From Flavobacteriaceae bacterium UBA7302 (lineage in GTDB: Bacteria > Bacteroidota > Bacteroidia > Flavobacteriales > Flavobacteriaceae): DNA of 64,000 nt. Shown here piece after piece: positions 1 through 8,688 of this stretch. The stretch covers positions 42,712-106,711 of the forward strand of contig DKQS01000011.1 of the NCBI GenBank assembly GCA_002471825.1, read 5' to 3'. Within the stretch, counting starts at the first letter, position 1. Every line of letters starts with the position of its first letter. The translations under genes and the position numbers were made by a program. The notes under the pieces were generated by a model, which did no database searches, had not been told where the DNA came from, and saw only the letters and a list, made by a program, of their open reading frames with translations.

Positions 1-129
1 CGATATTTTGAAGAGCTGAAGTATGAAGAAATTTCTGAGATCTTAGGCACTTCGGTTGGAGCCTTAAAAGCCTCCTACCATCATGCTAGCAAGAAAATAC
101 AGGAATATATCAAAACACAAACCCATTAA
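1..129 (+). CDS. ECF RNA polymerase sigma factor, C-terminal fragment (runs off window start)
   Basis: Frame 1 reads RYFEELKYEEISEILGTSVGALKASYHHASKKIQEYIKTQTH*, a typical sigma region-4 HTH. Confidence 0.85.
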   Translation, partial: RYFEELKYEEISEILGTSVGALKASYHHASKKIQEYIKTQTH

Positions 130-153
130 ACCAATTCAAAAAAAAGTAGTCTA
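127..153 (+). promoter_or_regulatory. Putative ECF-type promoter TAAACC-N16-GTCTA
   Basis: Resembles the AAC/GTC bipartite ECF promoter pattern and lies just upstream of the ATG at 164. Confidence 0.4.
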
Positions 154-163
154 AAGCATAGAG

Positions 164-679
164 ATGGATTCAAAAATGAAACATAACATACCGACAGAAC
201 CTGGTTTTGAGTTACCAGAAGGGTATTTTGATTCTTTTGACGAACAATTGGAAGAGAAATTGTTTTTTGAAAAACTTCCGAAATCAACTGGATTCGAAAC
301 GCCATCGGATTATTTGTCTAATTTTGAAGTTCAGGTGCCAAAGGAACCAAAACAATCGAAAGTTATTTCTTTGGTCATGCCCATACTAAAATATGGAGTT
401 GCGGCATCTCTAGTGATTGCATTGGTAAGTACTGCTTTTCTTATGGAATGGAACAATTCTTCTTACGAAAACATGTATGACAACTTATCTTCACAAGAAG
501 TGAATACTTGGTTAGAAAGCTATGATGGTGAAATCAAATCTTCCGATTTTATCGCCGTTTATGAAGATGAGATTATAGAAAGTGAAAATCTCCCCAGTAC
601 AAGCTTGAACATTTCAAGTATCGAAAATTATTTAAACGAGTCTTCTGAAACAGAACTCGTTATTGATGAATTTTATTAA
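164..679 (+). CDS. Putative anti-sigma-type single-pass membrane protein
   Basis: Directly follows the ECF gene. Repeated GFxxPxxYF motifs, one TM helix and an acidic C-terminus. Confidence 0.6.
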   Translation: MDSKMKHNIPTEPGFELPEGYFDSFDEQLEEKLFFEKLPKSTGFETPSDYLSNFEVQVPKEPKQSKVISLVMPILKYGVAASLVIALVSTAFLMEWNNSSYENMYDNLSSQEVNTWLESYDGEIKSSDFIAVYEDEIIESENLPSTSLNISSIENYLNESSETELVIDEFY

Positions 680-689
680 AAGAAAGACC

Positions 690-1160
690 ATGAAAAAGTC
701 ATTATACCTTAGTCTCGTTTTTTGCATGATGGTTTCATTAACCATTCAGGGGCAACAGAATAGAAGATCGAATGAGAAGATTCGTTCGTTGAAAATTGCC
801 TACATCACCCAAGAATTGGATTTGAGTGCCAAAGAAGCTCAAGAATTTTGGCCTGTTTACAATGAATTTGATAAGAAAGTGAGAAACTTAGAGCGCAACG
901 AACGGTCTAAGATCAGAATGATTATCAAAGAATCGAATGGTTATAAAAACTTAAGTGAAGAAAAAGCAGCAGAAATTTTGAGTCGCATTCACGATATTGA
1001 AAATCAAATTGTGAAAACCAAATTTGAGATGGACAAGCAATTAGGCAAAATCATCTCAAAAAAGAAAATTCTGAGATTACGACATATCGAGCGAGAATTT
1101 GTGAGGAATCTCATGAATAAGCTTCGAAATAGAAAAAGAAAAGGAATGGAGAGAAATTAA
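690..1160 (+). CDS. Secreted helical protein (Spy/CpxP-like) of an ECF module
   Basis: Signal peptide from MKKSLYL; K(I/V)AYITxxLxLxxxEAQxFWPVYN motif typical of Bacteroidota ECF-linked helical proteins. Confidence 0.55.
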   Translation: MKKSLYLSLVFCMMVSLTIQGQQNRRSNEKIRSLKIAYITQELDLSAKEAQEFWPVYNEFDKKVRNLERNERSKIRMIIKESNGYKNLSEEKAAEILSRIHDIENQIVKTKFEMDKQLGKIISKKKILRLRHIEREFVRNLMNKLRNRKRKGMERN

Positions 1161-1187
1161 AAAAGGGAGTGTTTGCTCCCTTTTTTT
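1161..1187. terminator. Bidirectional intrinsic terminator
   Basis: AAAAGGGAG-tgtttg-CTCCCTTTTTTT between convergent genes. Confidence 0.85.
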
Positions 1188-1190
1188 GTT

Positions 1191-1385
1191 TTATTGGATA
1201 ATACTTAGACAAGGATATAATTCCGGTTTGTCAAACGTAAATTGCTTGAGCCAGATTCGAAGTTCTTTGATTTCATGCGGTAATAACCGCTCAATTGCCT
1301 TCTTTAATTCCTTGCTAAATAATTCAAAATTAAAACTAACTTTTTTCAGCACATCAATTGTGTACTCAAACATTGCTCTTGCCAT
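1191..1385 (-). CDS. Small hypothetical protein
   Basis: 64-aa ORF with an A-rich upstream region; it ends at the shared terminator. Confidence 0.7.
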   Translation of the reverse strand: MARAMFEYTIDVLKKVSFNFELFSKELKKAIERLLPHEIKELRIWLKQFTFDKPELYPCLSIIQ

Positions 1386-1476
1386 AAATAAGTTTAATTA
1401 TAATTAAAGAACGTTGGTCAATCGTAAAAATTGCCTTCTAAAGGTACGAAATTTAGAGCTGATAAAAAAGTTAAAA

Positions 1477-1731
1477 TTAAAGCTTGTTGGTTCTTTCTAA
1501 TAGTGCATTGGCTTGTTCTTCCAACGATTTATTGATGGCAGAATAGTGAGCTTTCTTATTTTCAACGTCCTTTTCATAAATCTTTGCAATGAGTCCGTCA
1601 AAGGTATCAACAGCGTCATCAATGATCTTTTGAGCATCAGCTGCTTTCGACGAATCTTTCGATAAACACTCATCAATAATATCACCTAAAACGTAGTGAA
1701 TATCTTTCTTTAAATTCTTAATACTTGCCAT
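1477..1731 (-). CDS. Hypothetical helical protein
   Basis: 84-aa ORF co-oriented and adjacent to the HAD gene. Confidence 0.75.
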   Translation of the reverse strand: MASIKNLKKDIHYVLGDIIDECLSKDSSKAADAQKIIDDAVDTFDGLIAKIYEKDVENKKAHYSAINKSLEEQANALLERTNKL

Positions 1732-1734
1732 AAT

Positions 1735-2439
1735 TTAAGCTATATAGGTTAATAATTCTTTTAAGTTTGAAAGGGTTTGGTAAGAAGCTGTCTCCTTCTG
1801 ATGATCAGCAACTTCTTCATGGGCCCAAGTAGTATGGAAAGGAACGTGGATGGCCGATCCGCCAATGTCTAAAACAGGCAAAACATCCGATTTTAAGGAG
1901 TTTCCAATCATCAAAAACTCTTTTGGTTCAATATCCAAATGATTTACCAGCTTTTGGAAATCTTGAGGTTTCTTTTCACTCATAACCTCCACATGGTGAA
2001 AATATTGTAGTAGGCCCGACTTATCCAATTTGCGTTCTTGATCTAATAAATCGCCCTTGGTAGCCACGATAAGCTTGTATTTGTCTGATAACTCCTTTAG
2101 CACCTCTTCCACTCCATCCAACAGCTCTATGGGCTTCTGAATCATTTCTTTACCAATATTTAAAATAGCTTGTAGCTTTTTTGGTTCAATTTGGTAATTG
2201 GATAAATCCAAAGCACATTCCATCATGGAAAGCATAAATCCTTTGACACCGTAACCGTACGTTTCAAGATTCTTAATTTCAACTTTAAACAGCTCTTGAT
2301 CAATCTTGTTCTCTGTCTCATAACCCGACAACAATCTTGCAAACTCTTTTTCGGCTTCTCTGAAATAGGTCTCATTGACCCAAAGCGTATCGTCAGCGTC
2401 AAATGCAATAACTTTTATATCCTTAGGAATGCTTCTCAT
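1735..2439 (-). CDS. HAD-superfamily hydrolase
   Basis: Motif I FDADDTLW and motif IV MIGNSLKSD. Start moved to MRSIPK. Confidence 0.9.
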   Translation of the reverse strand: MRSIPKDIKVIAFDADDTLWVNETYFREAEKEFARLLSGYETENKIDQELFKVEIKNLETYGYGVKGFMLSMMECALDLSNYQIEPKKLQAILNIGKEMIQKPIELLDGVEEVLKELSDKYKLIVATKGDLLDQERKLDKSGLLQYFHHVEVMSEKKPQDFQKLVNHLDIEPKEFLMIGNSLKSDVLPVLDIGGSAIHVPFHTTWAHEEVADHQKETASYQTLSNLKELLTYIA

Positions 2440-3169
2440 AATACAAGATGGCTTTTCGTAAATCTTCCTCGGTATCAATTCCAATTACAGGTTTGTCAAT
2501 TTCTACCATCTTAATGGTCTTCCCCATTTCCAAATACCTTATGGCTTCTATTTTTTCTGCCGCCTCCAATGGTGTGATGGAATGATTGTAAAAATCCATC
2601 AAAGCTCCTTTGCGAAAAGCATACACGCCCACATGTTTGTAATAGGCAATCTTTTCTGAGGTATCTCGCGGAAAAGGAATTACACTTCTTGAAAAATAAA
2701 GCGCATTGTTATTCGAATCGGTTATCACTTTCACGTTATTGGGATTGGATACATTCTCCTCTTCGTGAATTCTTACCATGGGTGAGGCAACGTCAACATT
2801 ATTCTCTGTATCTGCCTGATAAATAGCAATCAATTTTTCCAATGAAGGTGCGTCGATAAAGGGCTCATCTCCTTGAACATTTACAATGATATCAGCATCC
2901 AAATCTTCAGCAGCTTCTGCCAAGCGATCGGATCCGCATTGATGTTCCTTTTGACTCATCAAAACCGCTCCACCGGCTTGCGCTATGGCCTTATAAATAA
3001 TTTCTGAATCGGTGACCACATAAACCTCATCGAACAAGGCGGTTGCAACTGCCGCCTCATAAGTTCGTTGAATCACGGGTTTTCCAGAAAGATCTTTCAT
3101 TAATTTCCCCGGGAATCGGGAGGCCTCGTAGCGGGCAGGAATCATCGCAATTACTTTCAAAATTGACAA
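2423..3169 (-). CDS. kdsB: 3-deoxy-manno-octulosonate cytidylyltransferase
   Basis: IPARYEASRFPGKLM, GSDR, IVNVQGDEPF, EKIEAIR and IGIDTEEDL motifs. Confidence 0.95.
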   Translation of the reverse strand: MSILKVIAMIPARYEASRFPGKLMKDLSGKPVIQRTYEAAVATALFDEVYVVTDSEIIYKAIAQAGGAVLMSQKEHQCGSDRLAEAAEDLDADIIVNVQGDEPFIDAPSLEKLIAIYQADTENNVDVASPMVRIHEEENVSNPNNVKVITDSNNNALYFSRSVIPFPRDTSEKIAYYKHVGVYAFRKGALMDFYNHSITPLEAAEKIEAIRYLEMGKTIKMVEIDKPVIGIDTEEDLRKAILYYEKHS

Positions 3170-3245
3170 TTTAAAGTTGATAGTAGTCTAAAACTGAGTA
3201 CAAAGGTACATTTATTCTATGGTATTCAAACCAATTTAAATTGGT

Positions 3246-3253
3246 TACATTTG
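3246..3253 (+). promoter_or_regulatory. Bacteroidota housekeeping sigma -7 element TACATTTG
   Basis: Matches TAnnTTTG upstream of the 3322-4720 gene run. Confidence 0.55.
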
Positions 3254-3321
3254 AGTAAAGGATGATATTTGAAGTCCTCAAAATTGTTCATTTCGAATTA
3301 CATCAATCAAAAAAAGCAAGT

Positions 3322-3516
3322 ATGGGAATATTTTGGGAATTATTGCAGCAAAGTGAAATTCAAAAGCAATCTGACAAATCCAAGAGTTTGGAGGACCGCA
3401 TTACCAGTTTGGAAAACGACCTTGACAATACTAAAAAGCTCTTGCAAAAAACATTGGAAGCTCTTGAGAACCATTTGCAAAAAGATATTGATGGGGACGG
3501 AATTACAGGAAACTAG
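3322..3516 (+). CDS. Small coiled-coil hypothetical protein ending in DIDGDG
   Basis: ORF 3262-3516; the likely start is MGIFWELL at 3322. Confidence 0.6.
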   Translation: MGIFWELLQQSEIQKQSDKSKSLEDRITSLENDLDNTKKLLQKTLEALENHLQKDIDGDGITGN

Positions 3517-3521
3517 CCCGT

Positions 3522-3899
3522 ATGAACATGTTCAAAAACATATCTTTTTATCTATTGATCCTCCTTATTTGTTGGAGTTGTACCTCAAAAGAATCGCTTC
3601 CTGATCCTCTGCAAGCAGGCTGGAAGGGACAAAAGGTTTGTAAAGTTCTTAAGGAAAATGAAAAGGTGAGAGCGCTGAAATGTACGTTTCCTCCTGGTAT
3701 TGGCCATGAAAAACACTTTCATAAAACACACTTTGGATACACCTTATCTGGTAGTAGGTTTCGAATTTCTGATGCAAACGGAGTCCGGGAGGTTGCCATT
3801 AAAACCGGGACCAACTTTTACAATGAAAAGGTGGATTGGCATGAAGTTCAGAACATTGGAGATTCAACGGCAGTTTTTCTTATTCTAGAGCCTAAATAA
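3522..3899 (+). CDS. Cupin-domain lipoprotein
   Basis: Lipobox-like CWSC, then FPPGIGHEKHFH and WHEVQNIG cupin motifs. Confidence 0.8.
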   Translation: MNMFKNISFYLLILLICWSCTSKESLPDPLQAGWKGQKVCKVLKENEKVRALKCTFPPGIGHEKHFHKTHFGYTLSGSRFRISDANGVREVAIKTGTNFYNEKVDWHEVQNIGDSTAVFLILEPK

Positions 3900-4622
3900 A
3901 TGATTAAGATTTTTAGAAATATGCGAAAAGACAAACTTGAAAAAGGCAAAACGAGCAGCTACCTCAAATATGCAATCGGAGAAATTGCTTTGGTGATGAT
4001 CGGTATTTTGTTGGCTGTTCAAATAAACAACTGGAACGAAGACCGCAAGGTGAAAAACGAATTGCAAAATATTTTAAAAACCATTGCTAGCGATTTACAA
4101 AGAGATACTATGGTTGCCAGCTCTGTAATTCAATTGTACGACACCATTGAAGCAAATAGTGTTCGAGTTGTCAATAAAGAAATCAATAAAAAGAACTATA
4201 AAAAGTATCCCATGCTGAGAAGTTTGGTAACCCTATACTCCCCTTATTCGGTCCAGACCAAAGGATATGACATGTTGAAAAGCTATTCCAATAAGAATGA
4301 AATTCAGAACGACACTTTGGTCTCAGCCATCAATCAATTTTATGTTCCATTTATCCAGCTCATAAATGACAATAATGAAATGGTTAAGAAAGAAGTATTG
4401 GAAAATATCGATGCATTCAAAGAGAAATCGTGGTTCGTAGACTGGACTCAAAACCGATTCACTCCAGAAATGGTTAACTACTTTACCCAAAGTGAAGATT
4501 ATCGAAAAAAAGTAGCCGCCAATTTGATTTTTGCCATAAGGAACCACAAGAATGTAATTGTGGCCTACAAAGGCCAGGCAGCAAGAATTATAAAGGTCAT
4601 TAAAGAAAAAACCGAAGACTAA
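3900..4622 (+). CDS. DUF6090-like membrane-anchored protein
   Basis: YLKYAIGEIALVMIGILLAVQINNWNE N-terminal signature common in Flavobacteriaceae. Confidence 0.8.
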   Translation: MIKIFRNMRKDKLEKGKTSSYLKYAIGEIALVMIGILLAVQINNWNEDRKVKNELQNILKTIASDLQRDTMVASSVIQLYDTIEANSVRVVNKEINKKNYKKYPMLRSLVTLYSPYSVQTKGYDMLKSYSNKNEIQNDTLVSAINQFYVPFIQLINDNNEMVKKEVLENIDAFKEKSWFVDWTQNRFTPEMVNYFTQSEDYRKKVAANLIFAIRNHKNVIVAYKGQAARIIKVIKEKTED

Positions 4623-4624
4623 TT

Positions 4625-4720
4625 ATGGGAGACGGATTTAATATCGTAATGATCATCGCCATCATTTTGTTTGCTCGATTGGCCATACGACTTCTTATCA
4701 ATTATAGAAAAAACAAATAA
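4625..4720 (+). CDS. Small 31-aa membrane peptide (not in ORF track)
   Basis: MGDGFNIVMIIAIILFARLAIRLLINYRKNK*; one TM helix with a basic tail; starts 2 nt after the upstream stop. Confidence 0.5.
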   Translation: MGDGFNIVMIIAIILFARLAIRLLINYRKNK

Positions 4721-4780
4721 CTTTAACATATTATTGCGTTTGTGATTGATTACATTTGTGGGTCTTTTTTGATAATTCAA

Positions 4781-5701
4781 ATGGTGGGTAAAAAGATCTT
4801 CGGAATTCTCTTCTTCTTATTGATCACGTTAAATGCACATGGTTATAAGAGAGTCCTTTACGTGGATAATTTTAGCAGTATTGTTGGCAACACCACCAGC
4901 GAAAACAAATTACTTTCCTTTGCAAAACGCTATGGCTTCAACTGCCTTCTTCTTTATGAATTAAACAAGGTGGATAAAAAGTATCCTTTAAAAGACAAAA
5001 GCACTAATGGAATTCTTGCAAAATTTATCTCCAAAGCTAAATCCACCTATAATATTGATGAAATTGGAGCCATTGGAGAAGCTTCTGAGTTTTTTATAGA
5101 TGTCATTCACCCCTATAACGAATCGAGAAACAACGTTTACGAGAAGTTCAACGTATATAACTTAGAATACGAGTATTGGTCTAAAAAGGCCTCTGGAGAG
5201 GATGGCTACTATTGCGAAAACTATTTGAAATACGACAATTATCAGTGCACCAGAGAGGGATCATTTAAGCACTTCATTGACGACTTAAAAGCCATGAAAT
5301 CTTTGGTAAGCCAAAAATCCTATAAAATTAAAATCGAGGCATTTTTAGGATGGTTTAAGGAAAATGAGATCAGAGAGATTAGCAAATACTCAGATCGCGT
5401 CATTTTGCAGAGCTATGACAAAAATCCGCGATTGTGTTATTCAAAAACCAAAAAGAGATTGAGTTTCGTTACCAGTCTCTCCTCAAAAATAGAAACCTCT
5501 GTCCTATTTTCATCAACCATGGAAAATATGGGGAAATGGCTCAAATACGATACGCTTGATAAAACCGAAAACATTTTCATGAGTGAAATGAAGGCAAAAA
5601 ATAGCGAGTTGGCCAAAAAATTAAAAATAGACAGTTTTGGTTACCATACTTATTCGTATTTAGAGAAATCATTAAGCTATTATGCCTATTCCCAGAATTA
5701 A
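4781..5701 (+). CDS. Secreted TIM-barrel / GH18-like hypothetical protein, paralog 1
   Basis: Signal peptide, LYVDNF, FNVYNLEYEYW and GYYCENYL. TACATTTG at 4751-4758 places the start at the ATG at 4781. Confidence 0.7.
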   Translation: MVGKKIFGILFFLLITLNAHGYKRVLYVDNFSSIVGNTTSENKLLSFAKRYGFNCLLLYELNKVDKKYPLKDKSTNGILAKFISKAKSTYNIDEIGAIGEASEFFIDVIHPYNESRNNVYEKFNVYNLEYEYWSKKASGEDGYYCENYLKYDNYQCTREGSFKHFIDDLKAMKSLVSQKSYKIKIEAFLGWFKENEIREISKYSDRVILQSYDKNPRLCYSKTKKRLSFVTSLSSKIETSVLFSSTMENMGKWLKYDTLDKTENIFMSEMKAKNSELAKKLKIDSFGYHTYSYLEKSLSYYAYSQN

Positions 5702-6024
5702 GTTTCAGGGTAAAATTTAATCGTTTTTTCGTCTGAGAATCACCAACTTGACGTTTTCCGGGAGTGCCAATTTTTGGCCATGCAAAAAGTAGGTTGTAAA
5801 ACCATCAAATCCTTCTAAAATTTACTTTCTAATTATCAGTTCATTACCCGTTTTTTATCCCCAAAAATGGGTATAAAAATCCCTAAAAATAGGTAGAAAA
5901 AAAGTTCACCATTTTACGGTATTGTGGGAATAGAACTTGTTTTCTAACTTAGAGTAGAGATTAAAATAAACCCCTAATCTTTTTAATAAAAACACATATT
6001 CAACAACTCCTAAAACCCCTAGTC

Positions 6025-6954
6025 ATGAAAAAGTTTTTAATTTTTATACTTATCTTATTATTAGCCATTCCATTGGTTGCTAACGATAGAAAGTTATACG
6101 TAGATAATTTCAAAAATGTTGTCGGAAACATTGAAGAAGAACACAAGCTCTTGTCATTTGCACAAACCTTAAATATCGAAGAATTGATTCTTTACGATTT
6201 AGATAAGATTCATCGTGTAAAGGACCTTACTAAAAGAAATACCAATGATGTTTTAGCCAGATTCATTAAAAAGGCAAAAACAATATACGACATGAAGCGA
6301 ATTACCGCTTCTGGTGAAAGTGCCAATTTCTTTATTGAAGTCATTCATAAATACAATAAATCTAGAACAGATTTAAGAGAACGATTTGATGTTTACAATC
6401 TAGAATTCGAATATTGGAACTCTTCCTCTACTTATGGAAACTATTATTGTGAAAATTATTTGAGAAAAAACGGTATTCCTTGTACAAAAGCCGGTGCTTT
6501 TAATTATTTCAAAGAATCGTTACTAGTATTACGATTGTTGTCCAAAGAATTGGAAAAGCCAACATTAGTACAAGCTTACATCGCCAAGTTCACCCCAGAA
6601 GAAGTGCGTAAAATTGAACCTTATGTAGATGTATTATTAGTGACTTGTTACGAAAGATCATTGACACGATTGAAATCTACAGCCATCAAAAATGTTGAGA
6701 ATTTAAGAAGATTGAAAAGCAATAATACCGAAATCTCAATTTTGATGTCAAGTGAACCAATATTTATGGGCGGATTCTTTAAGTTCAATTCATTGGCTTC
6801 AACAGAAGATAAAGTAGGAAACCATGTAAACAAACATGCAACCGTAAACGTGAACAACTTGAGTTACACTTATTACAACTACACAACATTAGCCAAGTCA
6901 TACGAGTACTTGTACTACATGAGAACAGGAAAGCGTTACGCTTACACAAAATAG
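6025..6954 (+). CDS. Secreted TIM-barrel / GH18-like hypothetical protein, paralog 2
   Basis: Signal peptide, LYVDNF, FDVYNLEFEYW, YYCENYL and SSEPIFMGG. Confidence 0.7.
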   Translation: MKKFLIFILILLLAIPLVANDRKLYVDNFKNVVGNIEEEHKLLSFAQTLNIEELILYDLDKIHRVKDLTKRNTNDVLARFIKKAKTIYDMKRITASGESANFFIEVIHKYNKSRTDLRERFDVYNLEFEYWNSSSTYGNYYCENYLRKNGIPCTKAGAFNYFKESLLVLRLLSKELEKPTLVQAYIAKFTPEEVRKIEPYVDVLLVTCYERSLTRLKSTAIKNVENLRRLKSNNTEISILMSSEPIFMGGFFKFNSLASTEDKVGNHVNKHATVNVNNLSYTYYNYTTLAKSYEYLYYMRTGKRYAYTK

Positions 6955-6976
6955 GATAATGTGTTTAAAGTGAGAT

Positions 6977-7084
6977 AAGTTGGTTTTGAATTCACTATTT
7001 GAATGAATTTAAGCAAAAGGACAGACGTAGATTAAAACCCTTATGATTGTATAAATATTGATCCCTAAAATTCAAAACCAACTT
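6977..7084 (+). repeat. Long hairpin with perfect 16-bp terminal inverted repeat
   Basis: AAGTTGGTTTTGAATT (6977-6992) and AATTCAAAACCAACTT (7069-7084). Confidence 0.8.
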
Positions 7085-7128
7085 TCTTTTTTGATCACAA
7101 AGTCAAAAAAACAACCAACAAAAAGTTA

Positions 7129-7157
7129 AAAGCTGAGTTAATTCTCAGCTTTTTTTA
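7129..7157 (+). terminator. Intrinsic terminator
   Basis: AAAAGCTGAG-ttaatt-CTCAGCTTTTTTT. Confidence 0.8.
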
Positions 7158-7440
7158 TGTCAAAAATCTGCCGTTTTTAGGAATTTTATGATTGAAAAAA
7201 CGCTGAGAATTGATCCAAAATCACCAAAAATTATATTCGAATTTGATTTTTTTTTTAATTTTTTTTGCCGCGATACCGAATTTATGAAAGCACCCCATTT
7301 TACAGGGGAAATGAAAATATTTTGAAATTGAATATTTCTCTAAAAGGCTCGCTTTTAACCCATTAAAAGGAGGCCTTATTTTTTTTATTCGTTTAATTTT
7401 CTATAATTTTGACTCGTAATTTATAATAATCCCCCTAATC

Positions 7441-8412
7441 ATGAAAAGGACAATCCCCCAGATCCTAGTCATAGCTGTTATTGTTATTTTCCAAATTCAA
7501 CAGCTGTCAGCACAACGAATTTTATACGTAGATCAATTTTATCAGATTCTCGGTGATGAAGATAAAGAAGAGAACCTATTGAATTTTACCAAAGAAAATG
7601 GGTTTGATAAGATTATACTTTACGATCTACACAAGATCAACCGAGACTTTCCTTTAGCAGATGTTCGTAAAAACGGGATTCTTGCCAATTTCATTTCAAA
7701 CGCGAAACTGAAGTACGGAATCAAAGAAGTGAGTGGCTCTGGTGAAAACGGTGAGTTTTTTATCAATGCCATCGATGCTTACAATCGTTCTAGAACCAAA
7801 GCATCAGAAAAATTTGATGCTTACAACCTCGAGTACGAGTACTGGAAGAAGGAAGACTCTTCTTACGGCGGATACTATTGCGAGAACTACCTGGATAAAT
7901 TCGGAAGAAAATGCAACCGGCAGGAATCCTTTGAGTTCTACATCAATTCATTGGCTACCATGAAAAAATTGGCCAGTCAGAACAAGCACAAGGTGAAAAT
8001 TGAAGCCTATGTGGGGAAGTTCACCAAATCTGAAGTAGCCAGAATATCAAAATATGTAGATCGCTTGCTGGTACATGTTTATGTAAATCATCCCAAAAAA
8101 GGATTTTTCTATGCCAATAAGAGATTGAAATACCTATCAGAGTTAAAGAAAAAACCCAAAGTTTCTATCATCTATTCGTCTGAAATCCTATTCATGGGAG
8201 GATGGTTTAAATATAACTCCTTGAAAAAAGCAGAGAGTATTTTTGTAAAAACCATGAAGAACGAAAACCAAAGTTTGATGAAACAGATCAACTTTACCAA
8301 TTTCACCTACTACAATTACAACTACTTGTCAAAGTCGATTGACTTCTATGCAACAGCTAGTGCTAATAGCAACCAATCTGATGACAATACTATTGTTAGT
8401 GGTTTGAAATAA
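7441..8412 (+). CDS. Secreted TIM-barrel / GH18-like hypothetical protein, paralog 3
   Basis: Signal peptide, LYVDQF, FDAYNLEYEYW, GYYCENYL and SSEILFMGG. TAATTTTG promoter element at 7404-7411. Confidence 0.7.
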   Translation: MKRTIPQILVIAVIVIFQIQQLSAQRILYVDQFYQILGDEDKEENLLNFTKENGFDKIILYDLHKINRDFPLADVRKNGILANFISNAKLKYGIKEVSGSGENGEFFINAIDAYNRSRTKASEKFDAYNLEYEYWKKEDSSYGGYYCENYLDKFGRKCNRQESFEFYINSLATMKKLASQNKHKVKIEAYVGKFTKSEVARISKYVDRLLVHVYVNHPKKGFFYANKRLKYLSELKKKPKVSIIYSSEILFMGGWFKYNSLKKAESIFVKTMKNENQSLMKQINFTNFTYYNYNYLSKSIDFYATASANSNQSDDNTIVSGLK

Positions 8413-8458
8413 AACGAATCACAAGAATTAAACTAAAGATAAAAATTAATAACAATAC

Positions 8459-8571
8459 AAAATCTACATGTTGAGGTTAATGCACATCCCCCATTTACCC
8501 TGAATTGGAAATTACAAAAACCGAGCAGTAGGTAAGCCCCTAAATTACCTATCTCCTCAACATTAGATTTT
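8459..8571 (+). ncRNA. Structured element copy 1 (candidate sRNA or 3'-UTR element)
   Basis: Ends pair (AAAATCTAcATGTTGAGG / CCTCAACATTAGATTTT). Inner 8-bp hairpin has loop GCCCCTAAA. Homologous to copy 2. Confidence 0.55.
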
Positions 8572-8688
8572 TATAAACCGTAAAAATTGAAATAAATATA
8601 GATAATACTATTTGTGTAAGAAGTAAAGCTACAAAACCCCCTAAAACAAGCTGAGTCCTTTGAGATTCTCAATATTAAAGTGACTTCC

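Noticed and set aside
2423-2484. Apparent 62-nt overlap of kdsB and the HAD gene
   Set aside because: Mostly an artefact of choosing the farthest start. The HAD domain begins near 2439.
4742-4780. Longer N-terminus for paralog 1 given in the ORF track
   Set aside because: It overlaps the TACATTTG promoter element. The ATG at 4781 gives a normal signal peptide matching the paralogs.
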